The position numbers and the translations under genes are program-made. DNA of 61,920 nucleotides, counting the filler, from Choristocarpus tenellus KU-1152 (taxonomy: Eukaryota > Protista > Phaeophyceae), in NCBI GenBank assembly GCA_964200185.2. It is 9 parts of 9 records of this genome, joined end to end, with 100 filler letters (N's around TTAATTAATTAA, not from the genome) between each part and the next. Parts side by side here need not be neighbours in the genome. Positions count along the whole stretch, not along the records: positions 1 to 16,063 come from CAXNAD020000881.1; positions 16,164 to 35,159 come from CAXNAD020000499.1; 7 more parts are not named here. One strand, given 5' to 3'. The notes under the pieces were generated by a model. The model ran no database searches. It was not told the DNA's origin and saw nothing but the letters and a program-made list of their open reading frames with translations. Positions 13,797 to 26,700 of the stretch are shown here, in pieces. The first letter of the stretch is position 1. The number at the start of each line of letters is the position of its first letter.

Positions 13797-16063
13797 ACAG
13801 GTAGCTGTCTTCATCTCTTTAGTATTTGTGATACAGATCTTAGTGCCTACATGCTTTATGGCGTGTAGACTTTTTCACTTCTTTATGTTTGGCAAATATA
13901 TATTATATACTAATGTACTGAATTATATGCTATTCGTAGTAGAAGGGTCCCTCAATTGCTCCCATTTTTGCTTGAACATTTGAACAGTGCACATGTTGGA
14001 TTTATTTTTACGTATACAACAACCCTTCCCCCTATTTACCATACTTCGCTTGTTACTCTATTCCGTAATCTCCTATGCGAATGTTTGAACAAATTCTGGC
14101 AGTGATGCATCTACTGAGGAATAGCGTATCACATATCACACTCGGTGTGACCTGGGATCAGAACCGGAGATCAACTTGTGGGGAACAGAACAGGGGGACA
14201 AAAAGCCTGCATGCCTCCCATCTCAGAGGGTATGAATTGTGTGCTTCCTCTGGTGGATTTTGTTGGAGCTTGGGGGGCAACATGTTCTTGTGCGTAGTAG
14301 CATAAAATGTGTTCACCCTAAGACGTACACTCCACATAAGTCACCTCACACTGAGGCACACATCAAAGTTGAGGAGGGGGAGAGAAATACTTGCAGGTGT
14401 CTCACTGTGTCACTTGTCAACCTTCTTGTAACCCCCTCTGGTGTTTACACTTTTTGAGGTATTTAGTTCACTTGATATGAAATGAACTGGTATTTCAAAG
14501 TACATCACTTTGTACTCATTCTTGACGCGCTGTGTTGGACACTGGATAAATGTCATCTATCTTTTGTCTTCATACTCTTTTTTTTTTCGCAACACTGCGT
14601 TTGTCATTCACTACTAGTTACTGTATAGGAGATCGGTTGTGTTTTTTGGGGGGGAGGGGGGAGGAGGAAGGGAGGTTGACCTTTCCTGAGTTGTCGATGC
14701 CTTGCCTTGAAATGCCCTTGCTTGGGGGAGGTCTGCTGTCACTGTTTTTTTTAAATGGGCATTATTAGAAACACGGCATAAGCATGCACAGATGTGCGTT
14801 TCATGTAATTTACTCTGTACTTGTTCTTGTGTCAGACATGGGAAGTGACATACAACTTGGACATGATATTGAAGGCCAGTTTGTCCACATCCAAAGTATC
14901 CTCAGGAAAGTGGAGTGGTACTTGTGAAAAAGAAGTGAAGACAATTATTATGTAGCCCTGTACACTTAACTTATTTTCAAGGTACTGTTGTCCATGTATG
15001 GTACATCTGTAGACCAGAATTCTCGTTGTGCATTACAAACTGATTGTTTTGAAAGGGAATGGGTCATCCAGTAAGGGGATCGAGAAGCATGCTTCAGGGC
15101 TGAACAGAGCGAATATCATGATGGAGCAGTCAGGGAAGCGAGCTATGATGTTGATATTGGTTTTCCTGCTCAACACATGACACATTCCTTATTGAGACTA
15201 CAACTGCTAATTTCTGATTGGGCAGTAGGCTAAAATAGGTACCTAGACTTCTTGGTATGAATAGAGTCGTCATCCGTTATGTTATACCAGCAACCCTGGG
15301 GGTGAGGAGTATGCAGAGGTTGGACTTGAGCCAAGAGTTTGAGATGGGGGAGGGGGGGGGGGATGAGCGAAAATTATTACGATTTTTTTTTACTATGGCA
15401 AATGGTTGTTTTCTCACAAATGAATACATAATTTGTGAGCAAATGGCAGAACTATGGTTAATATTACAAAAAATTATATTTTTGTTGCATGCAGGAACTA
15501 CAACTTGCTCTACATCATTTGATGTGGTGCACCATAGTGGGCGTAGAGGAACTTGTCTCAAAGGCCTTTCGTGGAGTGACCTGTTCTATTCTTCCTGTTT
15601 TGTGTGTTTTGTGCTTCATGTGTGTGAGAGAGGGCGGTGCCGCTACTACTGATACTACAGTTCTTGTTGTTCTTATTGACTCCCACTGTTCACTTCATCG
15701 TCTTCATTATCATGGTACTGTCTCTGCTGTTGTACCTTTTCTTGTGGTAGTGTTGGTGTTTTGTGAGAGGGTGCTGTTGCTGTCATTGAGTGTTCTTGTA
15801 ACCGTTTTGTTGTTGCTAATGCATATGTGTGCTGCTGCTGCTGCTCCTGTTCCTCCTTTTTACCCACACAAAAAATATATATAGTGCACCAGAGCAGTTT
15901 TTCAAGGTCTAATGTGTTTGAGCGGAGTTTCTCCCTGAGATTGAACAAAATCAGCGTTTTCTTGTGACCTGTACCAGAGTTTGTTGCTGGCAAGAAGTTG
16001 GGCCAAATAGACCAAAAGGTAGTAGTGGCAGAAGCAGTAGCTTGTTTTTAATTTTCGGGGGGG

Positions 16064-16163
16064 NNNNNNNNNNNNNNNNNNNNNNNNNNNNNNNNNNNNN
16101 NNNNNNNTTAATTAATTAANNNNNNNNNNNNNNNNNNNNNNNNNNNNNNNNNNNNNNNNNNNN
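16064..16163. other. Artificial contig spacer N44-TTAATTAATTAA-N44
   Basis: Identical 100-bp spacer with stops in all six frames. It also occurs at 35160-35259, 39528-39627, 42381-42480, 47418-47517, 50283-50382, 56122-56221 and 59112-59211. Confidence 0.99.
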
Positions 16164-17709
16164 CATATATATAGTTTTCATTGGTTTCCCCCCTGACACA
16201 TCTGCAAAATGTCAGAGGGTATAATAATAAAAAGCCATGGAATCTCTGAGACTTGGGACAGTTCGTCATTCAGAGTTGTCACACATGGAAGATCCACTTT
16301 GTTCTTATGTCTTGACTTGTAGTCATGAGGCCCTTCTTTGAAGATGCTCATGACTCCTCAATTTACACTTGTCCAACCTTAACCTCGTATCCTCGGTTAC
16401 GGTTCGTCTTTGTTCGTCCGGTCCGTCTTGCCCGGTGATTCTCTTCACCACCCTTGCCTGAGTGAACCACGCCGCCACAGAATCACACGATTTACAATAC
16501 ACGTTTTCAAAACATCTAAAATACAAATCCAAAAGACATTCTAGACAATGGACTTCATATCATATCTACCAAAAAGGCACAATTCTTCAGAGGTGCACGT
16601 GTTTCTAGACTAATGGCTTCCGTGCACTTGTGTTCACTTCTCAAATATTGATAGGTACTGGGAAAGCTAAGGACCTCACATCTGCCACAATTTTATTATC
16701 CTTTCTCCTCTGCCTGAAAAACTTTCGTTAGAATAAAACGGTCGTTATTTATTCTCACTTTTCAAAGAATTTCTGGTAGTGAAACAATCAAGAAAAGTTT
16801 ACTGTAGGGACTAGTCAAACAATAAATTCTTGACGTGTAACACATATATGTATGAGGTTTAAGTAAGTTCCCCAAATACCTTCGTTTGTCGTAGATGGTG
16901 GTGGTCATTTAGTTCGACTGATGCTATGCCCTACAGTCGATTCTGTACCACGTCTGTCAATACCATTGTTTCATGGGCATTCAGTGAAGAAATTGTTAAG
17001 ACCCATATTTATTCAAAATACGAATTTGTCATGTTTAGTTTATATTTATACTGTATATTATTGTTCAAGCGACATCAATTATGTTGATGCTACAGCAATA
17101 ATTTCTACTGTTACTGTGTAGTTTGTAAATGTCTACTATTAACTATGCGCAATAATTATGTACTTCAAGCCTCAATTTGGAGCATTTGAATGTTGAGGTT
17201 TATGGAGTGGATATTTCGTGTATGTGATTGACATTCAATTTGGTGGCTGACATTGCTTGACCCTTTTTTCAAAGGAAAATAGACACAGTTCCTTTACATG
17301 ACTCTCATCCCATCAAATTCTTTGTAGATGGATGTTAGATGTCAGAATGAACAAAGAGAAAAAATACGTATCTGTTTTGTTGTTGTCAGAAATTTCTCTT
17401 TCAGAATTTGACAGAATATTCTTCTTGTGACTTGTAAGTGTTCTCGGGACTTATCCAGCAACGAAAACGAGAAAAGCAAGTTGGAACCCTGTAGATGGAA
17501 AGGCAAACAAACTACTAATGGATGTTGAGGTTCAACAGTACACTTCCGAGAGCTCCACGAGCCTACCTTACAAGAAAACGGAAGTAAAACTTCAATTTTG
17601 GGGTATTCTGGACCCCGATCATCTCATCTTGAATCCTTGACCTTTTCTCTGGGGTCAAAAGGACAGGTTGTGGTGTATTGGTAAGGCCGTGTTGGCAACA
17701 CCAACGTCA

Positions 17710-20700
17710 ATGTCGGGTGCCCTTCGTGATGTTGTGCAGGTAATCGCTTTCGGCCTCCACTCCACTTTCGTTGCAGTGCTTTGTGTGCTCGTCGGAGAAG
17801 GCGAGAAGCGCGCTGTTCCAAATACCAGCAGCACCACTCCAGCCAATGATTTGATTGGAATCATTGAACTGGATGGTTCGAGTGGAGACATCAAGCAACT
17901 CGAAACATTAGGTAAAGAGGAAGTTTGGAAGGGTGAGGACTCACCAGTAGTGCGTACGGGAGCAACCAAAGCAGGGGCGATGGTAAGTGGGACCAAGGAC
18001 AATGCCGCGACTTGTTCCGATGGCGGCAATGTTCTGGAAGTGCTCTTGTCGCCTAGAAAGGTTCTGCGTCATTGCTGCGCAGAACGCCTTCGAGGAGAAA
18101 CGGGGATATCACATGATCCTGTGGTGAGTGTACCTTCCTTGAGAAACTAATCTATTGAACTCTTCCCAGTCAGTGTATGCAACTTTGTGCACTGGATTTA
18201 GGTGACCACCAACGAATGCACTTTTGTCCTTGACCGTCTATTCTTCTCAACCAACTCAAGATCATGAACGGAACTCACAACGGAGTGGCGTTCTGTCCTT
18301 TTGCAAGACATTAGTGGAAATGCAATACTGGTTTATCTAATCGATAATTATTTATGCTGAAGATGGGACAAGGTCTACCGGCTGTGACTTAAATGGTGTT
18401 GCGGATATTTGTTGAGAATCTTCGAAAGTAGCTAATGAGTGACGAAATTTAATGCTATGTTCTAGTAATCTACACGCTGGCATGCTAACCATCTTTGTCT
18501 CTGGGGTGTCTTGCTGGACATGCTCTCCTCCTTTGTCCCACAACTTGGGTTGATCTGTACAGTGCAACCATTCCTGCTTCCAAGGATCACTGAAGCGATG
18601 TGGGGACGGGGCCAGCAGCATAGGTACCCGAGATTGTACCGTCGGGGAGGTTGACAATGGTGGTGGATTGAGGCACAAATGCGACACCAGCATCACTGAA
18701 GATGTTTGTGCTCAAGCGAACAGTACACAGTCCTTGCAACAAGGCAAGTGTGGAACTATATGTAGGTCAAGGTTGAGGATGCCTGGGCAGATTGGTCAGC
18801 CACACGGCTTTTGCAGGTGCTGTGCTTCCTAAGATGGCGCGAGGACAGTATTACTTGTAAGGTGGATGAGGTTGAATATTTCATTGAGAAAGCAACAATA
18901 GTTTTTCTTTGTTTTTCGTCGTTGTGTTTTCGTGCTTGTATACCAACTTGTCCAGATCGTATATTTACACGTTTAGGAGTGGGACATAAGATTCTGGAAT
19001 TGAAAGGTGCTTGGACTCGCCCAAAGAACAGGGAAAGGCAGTGTATCAAGCTGCTCTTTTAACCTTGGTTAGGTTCAGGTATAGCGGCTCGTATCCCTAT
19101 ACCCTTTTCTTGCCATTTGTCATGCAGTAGTGATGTCATGAGAAGTCAATTCTTGCAAATTGGAACGACCTGTGATTTTGTGTTCTCCGATTGTATTTTG
19201 GACTTTTTTCATCTATTGGTGCGCAAATCCACATCTACACTGAATGCGTTCAAAGGTATGTGGTTGATCATAAGGCATGCGATGCACACTATTTCATGCA
19301 CTGACAAAGACAAAAGGATTTGGACACAGGTGTAAGGGCAGTTCCCACTACTAGAATGGTTTTGAAAATCAGTAGACCCATGGTGATCACCGACTATAGT
19401 CAAATAAGTTACAATTACAGAAACAGCAACACAACGGAAAAATAAATGTTTGTTCAGTAGCGCAGCACAGATCCATTGCTAGGTACCCCTTGTTGAAGGA
19501 TCAGAGAAAGTGGTCAAGATTTGTCAAATTTTCTGTGTTGTAGATCTTTTCAAGGGACCTCCTGGTGAGACTAACACTGATCTAAAAAAAAGATTGTTTC
19601 ATGCCTTGATCTGTATTCTGTGCTAGTGCCCTTGTAATACCTCCACACCCTTGTATTTTGCACCACCTCCCCCTAACCCTTTTCTGTCCTCCACCCCCGT
19701 AGCTATTGTCCGTGCCATAACCTGCTCTCAATCCCTGCATCAGTCCTCCATTCTATTCTGAGTCTCCCATACCCTTCATCTGTCTTCAACCCCATTCATT
19801 GTCCTCCATTCCCTGATCTGTCTTTCAGTCGTCGATACCAAGATCGATCCTAGCATTGTGCTTTCAGTAGTGGAGAACAGACCTTTGTTGCAGAGTGAGC
19901 GTGAGAATTCCAGTAATGCAGGAGCCTTAGAAGAGGCCAGTGGACAACCGGAACTTCCCAGCAACAATGCTGATGATATTTTTGAAGCACGTCACAACAG
20001 GGATAACAGTCACCCTCACATCAATAGTACCAATGGCATCACTAGGGCCAGGCCTTGCATTCAACGAGCCAGTAGTCTACGTAGTATTATCAGCCCTGGC
20101 CGAAAGCATACCAGAAATGTTGCTCGCCAGGCTAGCCTTGCCAATCTTGGGAGCCGCTCTTCAAGTGTTCAGGCTGCTGAGAATGGCCCTTGGATCAAGG
20201 GGAGAAGGGATACGTCAAGGGAACAAGACCTGATCCTCCATAAACACCCGGTTTTCTTGAAGGTGCCCCCTTCCCTCCCACCCCCCCCATCCCCTCTGCC
20301 CCCAGCCCCTGCCCCTGTTGCCCAGCCTGTCGATTACTGTTGTTCATTATCTCAAACTGTTGTTGAGAGCTTGGGCCTAGATTGCATTCACGTATAGGGC
20401 ATTTGCATTAATGAAAAATCATTCGCATATAACAATGCTTTGCTATGAAGTGAGTCAAACCATCTAAGAGGAGATGTGATGTTGGGCCTGAGTAGTATGA
20501 CCTCTTTAAACCGCATGTAATATACACCATGTCTGTGCCTGAAATGCAGATAATCTCCCTTATTTGTGTGTGGCTGCAGAAGAGATCTTTGGCTGTGAAG
20601 ACAATTGTTGGCTGAAAGCTCCCTTGACAATGATACGGCAAAATACATGCACACTTCAGTCATACTGATCCTTCAGTCATACTGATCCTTCAGTCATACT

Positions 20701-23700
20701 GATCCTTCAACTCAACACAAGCCCCCTCTTTGATGTCATTGCTCAGTGATTGCCCTTAAGATATTGACTGTGTCTCCTATCTTTCTGTCTCTCTTGTAAA
20801 ACATGTTGCTGTCGTGCAAATGCATCGTTATGGTTTTTCCACCCAATGGGGATGAGAAGAAAACATCTAGGGACCGTCTTGGTCAGCAGCACTTTACAGT
20901 TTGAAAGAAACTGCTGACAGCTAGGGTTAGGGCATACCTTTAACCTTTAGTGATTGAAGTCACATTGTCATAATGTACATTCAACCCCCATTTCATTAGT
21001 GAACAGAAATTCGAGGTTTCCCTGATGAGTTGGTGACCTGCCTAAAAATTCACTGTTCATTACACTGGGGATGGCGCATTCATGTTTATCACCTTGAGTC
21101 AAATTCTTTGAATTCTTATGGAGAGGGTTAGGGGAAAGCTTACGAAGTGCGATGTGTTTGATACATATTTAGTTTTTTTTGCGCTATCTGAGGCACAAAC
21201 TTAACGTTTGACTCAAGAAATAACCCTGGCACTGCATGAAAAATTGCTAACGTTAGAAAAAATATGTTTGGAATGATGCACTGCCAATTGGTGAAAGAGG
21301 GGGGAAAAAAATTTGTTTTTCGTCAATGAGAATGTGACTTAGGGTTAGACCTTCAACATGTACCTTCAAACCTACCATTTAGATTCTGTCTGTGTACATG
21401 CACATGCAAGTAGATGAATACACAAATGGATTACCCTAACCCTAAGCAGTATATCATTTGCACTACAACAGTCCGTTGCCTGAGGGCAGGGCATGCAGTT
21501 TTTGAACGACAACTGTTCCACCAAGCCATTATGACCCTAACCCTTTATTACAGAACATGATGACATCCTTTTTCAAATGACCCTAACCCTAACCCTAACC
21601 CTGACCCTAATGAATTTCCCCCCATTCATCCTTGTGTCTACGTCATCTCTCATGTCTAACCCTAACCCTAACCTCTCAACAACGGGTAACCCTGTCCCTA
21701 GCCCTAACCCTTGCCCTTAAACTAACTGTGGACTGGACCTGAACTCCTCCCTACGCTTCAGACATGTGCATGTGATGTAACTGCCAATGGCAAGAGCTTG
21801 GTGGTTCAATCAAAGAGTGTCACACCACTCTCTCCTGCTGTGGTCCGCAAACGGTTTGCCTCTCTGGAGTTGCTGACAAAAAGGGAGGCGTATACAATAA
21901 TCAGAGAGGTATTGACTCTAACGCTTCCAATTTTCAAAGGTACTAACCCTATCCCTAGTCCTTTTTGTCCTGCAGTCTTGCCCCAAATTCCTGGGGTAAC
22001 GTATTATATATACAGTAGACCAAGTTGAAAGATCTTTGTATGTGCTTTCGCTATATTGGCATGATCATGTGCCCTCAGGCAAGGAGTAGTGTGTGGGCTG
22101 TGGAGGTTATAGTGTGTGCACTCAGGATAGTTGTCATCATTTTTACCAGGAAGATCAGGATAGATACATCACGATGCCATTTGAATATGAACAGAATATC
22201 ACATAATTTTCTTTTTTTGTATTGAACAGAGAGGGGGAGAGAGAGAGCTCTATGTATATGTGCATTTTTTTTCTTTCTACAAGTCTGCAATGACTGAGTG
22301 ATGCGGTCGTGATTTAACTTTCACCCTTCTTGTTTAAACTCAATATTATAGGCGGCAGCAGTGCTTAATGAAGAACAGAACATTCTGGAGCTTCTCTCAG
22401 AACAGTCCTCTCCTGTGGTTGTTGTGGGAGACATCCATGGACAGTACTCAGACTTGTTGCCAATGTTAGATGGCGTTAGATCAGACCTTCAGGTGAGTGG
22501 TAGATTGATTCCAAAGGGCTGAGAGAGGGGGGGTGGGGTGGCATTCAACTCTAAAAAAGTTTAGAATAGTTGGGGTTGGTGACTTGATATAAACTCAACT
22601 CTAAGTTGGTTGGCTTCTTATTGGTTGATCCATTGATTGTAATTTATCATTTAGGTGATCACTAAGATAGCCCCATGAGTCGTGATTCTCCCCACCTGCC
22701 CTCCCCTGTCTGTTGAGAATAAGCGTAGAATTAGGGTTAGGGTTAGGGTTAGGGTTAGGGTTAGGATGAGGAATACACAACAGAGCTGAACAAGAGGTCT
22801 AGGGCAGTGATACTTTAGCTCTGTCATGGAAGTAGGGTTAGGGTTAGGGTTAGGGTTTGGTAACAATATGAGATTTTACAAATGCGGAAAATTGAGATAT
22901 TGGAATAGTGTATGTTCTGATTTATTTTTTTTGTTCTTGAAATTTCTTCATAATGTGTTCATTTTTTGGATTGGTAGAGGAATTGTGGGTGTGGTCGGTA
23001 GATGTATGCATGCAGTGTATATAGAGGTTTGAAGCAGGTAGTCCGTCATGAAAGGTAAAGAAACCTTTCTCACATGGGGAACAGTTCTAATAGTGGTGAG
23101 TCAGATTGTGGTGACTTTTTTTTGGTGAGCATGATTGTGAGGTTTTGTAATATCCCCATGAAAGTATATGGAAATTAAAAACATCTTCTGCGTTTTCAAC
23201 CTGTTTTGAAAAATACTTGAACTGATTCCTGTTTAAAAAATACATGAGGAAGTAACTAGTATGTGTTCACCTCTCTGAACGGAGAATTATATTTATATTT
23301 TTGTGATTTCATGAGTACAATATATGAAGCATGTGAAGAAGGAGCGCGTCAAAGCCCTAACCCTATCCCAGCTCTTCCCCATGTATGTTCTATCATCATG
23401 GATGTTTATTTCTAATTATTATAATAATAATTATTATTGTTATTATTGTCATTATTATTTTTATTATTTTTGTAACTTCCTGAAATGTTATGTTTGGTTA
23501 TCCTTCAAGCAACGTATGGATCGGAACGCCTGTATTGATATAATTCTCAGGTGGAATTTTGTTGAGGAGCTAATTACTACCTCATGTTACTATGCTTTTA
23601 AAAATGTGATTTCGGAGGTACTTACTTATTCTCTGATTCTTTTGAGAACACATTCATGATATAGAACCCACGCACTGACATCAACATTAACTCGAACTTT

Positions 23701-26700
23701 TTTTTGAAACTTGTATATCCACACCTTTTGTTCTAACCCAGGCAAACTCTCAGACAGGAAGTTTCCTGTTTCTTGGGGACTATGTGGACCGTGGGCCTTG
23801 CTCTTGTGAGGTACGCATTGATTTCATGATTATCTTTTTTGCAATTTCCTTGAGCTTTTTTGTATATTTCAGCTGCATCTATTAAACTATTATTGTAGAT
23901 GTTTCTTACGCAATTTCGTTTTTTTCAAACATTGCTGTAGTAGTGGAGGTGAATCGTTTTTGTTCTGTGACTTCTTCTGTGATTCCGTTGGTCTTCTCTG
24001 TTGGTTTTCAACTGTTGCTGCTGCATTAGCAAGACGGATTCGTAACTTTCATTCTTTAGGGTTAGGGTTTCATGTGCCAAGTCTTTTTGTACAGTTTTTG
24101 TGGAGTACTATTTCGCGGTGATTGGCTGCTGATCATTGGGAATTCCAATCAACCTGCCTGTGGTGTGTGTGGAGAGATAAGGCAATGGAGGGGGGGGTAT
24201 CATGTCAAAAAAACGGCGAGAAGTATGTTGGGGGTTAGGGTTAGGGTTAGGGTTAGGGTTGGGGTTGGGGTTGGGGTTAGGGTTAGGGTTAGGATTATCA
24301 GTGTGCTGCTTGTAGATGTGCCAGTTACCTTTAGCAATTAGGACGCATTTGCCCTGCAATCTCTCCTATCCCTACCCCTGAATTTTATTCTTCTTACTCA
24401 TAGAAATAATATTCTGTTATTTTCTTAGGGTTAGGGTTAGGGTTAGGGTTAGGGTTAGGGTGTTGTTTTGGTTCTTAATTTCCATCTGGACTAGTATTGA
24501 CAATATTTTTCTTTTTCTCGGTACGTTGTGTTTGTGGTACAATACCTTGAAGTGTTGATTTGGGTGCCCTTCTGGTCACCTCCTCTTTGCCATTCACTAA
24601 TCCTTCTTAGTGCTTTGGTAGCAATAATATAAATGATAATATTAAGTTTCATAATATCAGTAATGGACAATATACTGAGAGGACACATGTGTGTGCATCT
24701 TGACAGGTGATGCTGCTATTATTGGCTATGAAGTTGGAGGCTCCAAAGAGAGTGCACCTTCTCAGGGGAAACCACGAGTGTTCAAACTTAACCAAAGTAT
24801 ATGGATTCAAGGTAACCTAACCCTAATCCTACCCCTTAGCCCTAATTCTAGGGTTGGGGTTAGTACCACTATTTTAATGGACTAACTATTTTTAATGGCA
24901 CTATTGATGTTTGTTTATTGTTGCAAGAACATACTTTAATAGATAAAGGTTAATGAAACAAAGAGTTTTTGTTTGAATAACACCCCCCCCCTTCAAGAAA
25001 AGAATACTGAATGGGAATGTAAGTTGAGTTTTTTTGTACGTTCTCACAGAGACTGCCATTTTAGGGTTCGGGATGGAGTGCTGTTTGCGTTTTTTGCCTG
25101 CATTGTCTATATATCGGTGTGGTGGAGACCCTCCCCCAAATATTCAATATATATATATATATATAGCTTGCTGGGTATCATCACCATTGCACCATTAATC
25201 GCACGATTGTGGTCTATGCAAACTGCTCACTCTTTCAAAATAGAACCATTTCCATACTGTAACGTAACAATATTTTGTTCTTTTTCAATCTCTTCAAAGA
25301 TAGAAGGCCATTGGACAGTATGATGATAGTTACAGATATGCACCACTTAAACTCTAGTAGTAGATAGTTACTTTTAAGATATTGATGTATGTAGTATCTT
25401 TAAATAAAAATTACTTGTCATTGTTTTAATAGTTGGAAGTGTATTCGTGCTTGTATAAATAACACTGTACAAAAAAAAATGACAAGCAGAAGTTTTATTG
25501 AAGTACTCGGGAGAATGTGAAATTTGTGTTACACTCAATAGTGAATTGGATTATCAAAATTATTTTATTATTTGAGTGTGTTATTGTGTTGAAGTGTATT
25601 CGCCCTGCAACTCCTATTATTATTTTTCTTATATGATTCTATTGTTTTTAGTGATAGTCTTGTCATCACAACATTCCAAACTCCAGAACATTCACCCATA
25701 CTTTTTTTTTTTCATCCTAACTCTAGTCGTGGTACTTGGGATTCCTATGTGCTTGTCTCTTGTGTCCTGTGTGATCAGATGGAATGTGTCCGCAAGTATG
25801 GTGAGGCCATGTACTATGAGTTCCTTGCCTGCTTCCGGACCCTTCCGCTTAGCGCTGTTGTCACATGCATCACAAGAACTGCTGGAGGCATCGACACAAT
25901 GAAGCGTGGTTACACCAGGCAAGTATAATACTCCTGTATAGAAGTCAGCAAACCTTGGCCCTAACAATGTGGGAAGGACTTTTTTCTAACTTCCACCCTT
26001 GCACTATGATGAGTGAAGTGTCTATATTTAAAACGCAGTGGACTATATTGTACGGTACATGAAGTTGAAAATGTTAGGGACAAGGGGTGAAGGTCAGGGT
26101 TGGGGTTGAGAGCCATATTCACACCATGTTACCATGTTGCACTTTTGTCAGAAATGCAACCGGGAGTAGAAGTGATTAATTCAATTGATCAATTGTACAT
26201 GCGGGTTAACAGTAAGAGTGGACACAATGTTCAGATAATATCAATGTTTTTTTGTGCGAAGAATGTGTCAATGAAACCCAAGTGGCATATTCCATTTCAC
26301 CAAACATTTGGCCATCTAACCTTAACAATAGCTCTAACCCTATTGCTATGGCTCTATCATTTCTATGCTACTATATTGGTATATAATGTGTGATGGCAAG
26401 AGAGATGGCAGTTTTCGCGTAAGCTAACACAACCAATACACCGTAGTGACTCTACTGTGATTCCAAGTTGAAAGTGTCTGTGTCTGTTCAAACCTTAACT
26501 CTACCTTGAACCTCATCAGGTACTTCTGTGTGCATGGTGGCCTCTCTCCCGAACTTGTAATGTTGTCTGACATCAACGCATTGGAGCGAAGGGAGGAGCC
26601 TGGTCGTGATAGCGCCTTGGCCGACCTGTTGTGGTCTGATCCCAGCGATGACCCTGGTGTGTTAGAGGCCAGTAAGAGGAAGAGACGTGAACAGGTCAGT

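Noticed and set aside
15257-15993. Overlapping 100-130 aa ORFs downstream of the PP2C stop
   Set aside because: Low-complexity TG-rich sequence with no domain or consistent exon structure.
16108-16119. Recurrent TTAATTAATTAA palindrome as a biological repeat, CRISPR-like repeat or recombination site
   Set aside because: It is always centred in exactly 44+44 Ns; it is a six-frame stop linker.
16323-17640. Minus-strand gene divergent from the PPP gene (exon-like stretches at ~16385-16460 and ~17566-17620)
   Set aside because: Plausible splice sites, but no recognisable product and an ambiguous frame.
24072-24359. ORFs with VRVRVR / NPNPNP / LTLTLT repeats
   Set aside because: These are translations of intronic TTAGGG arrays.
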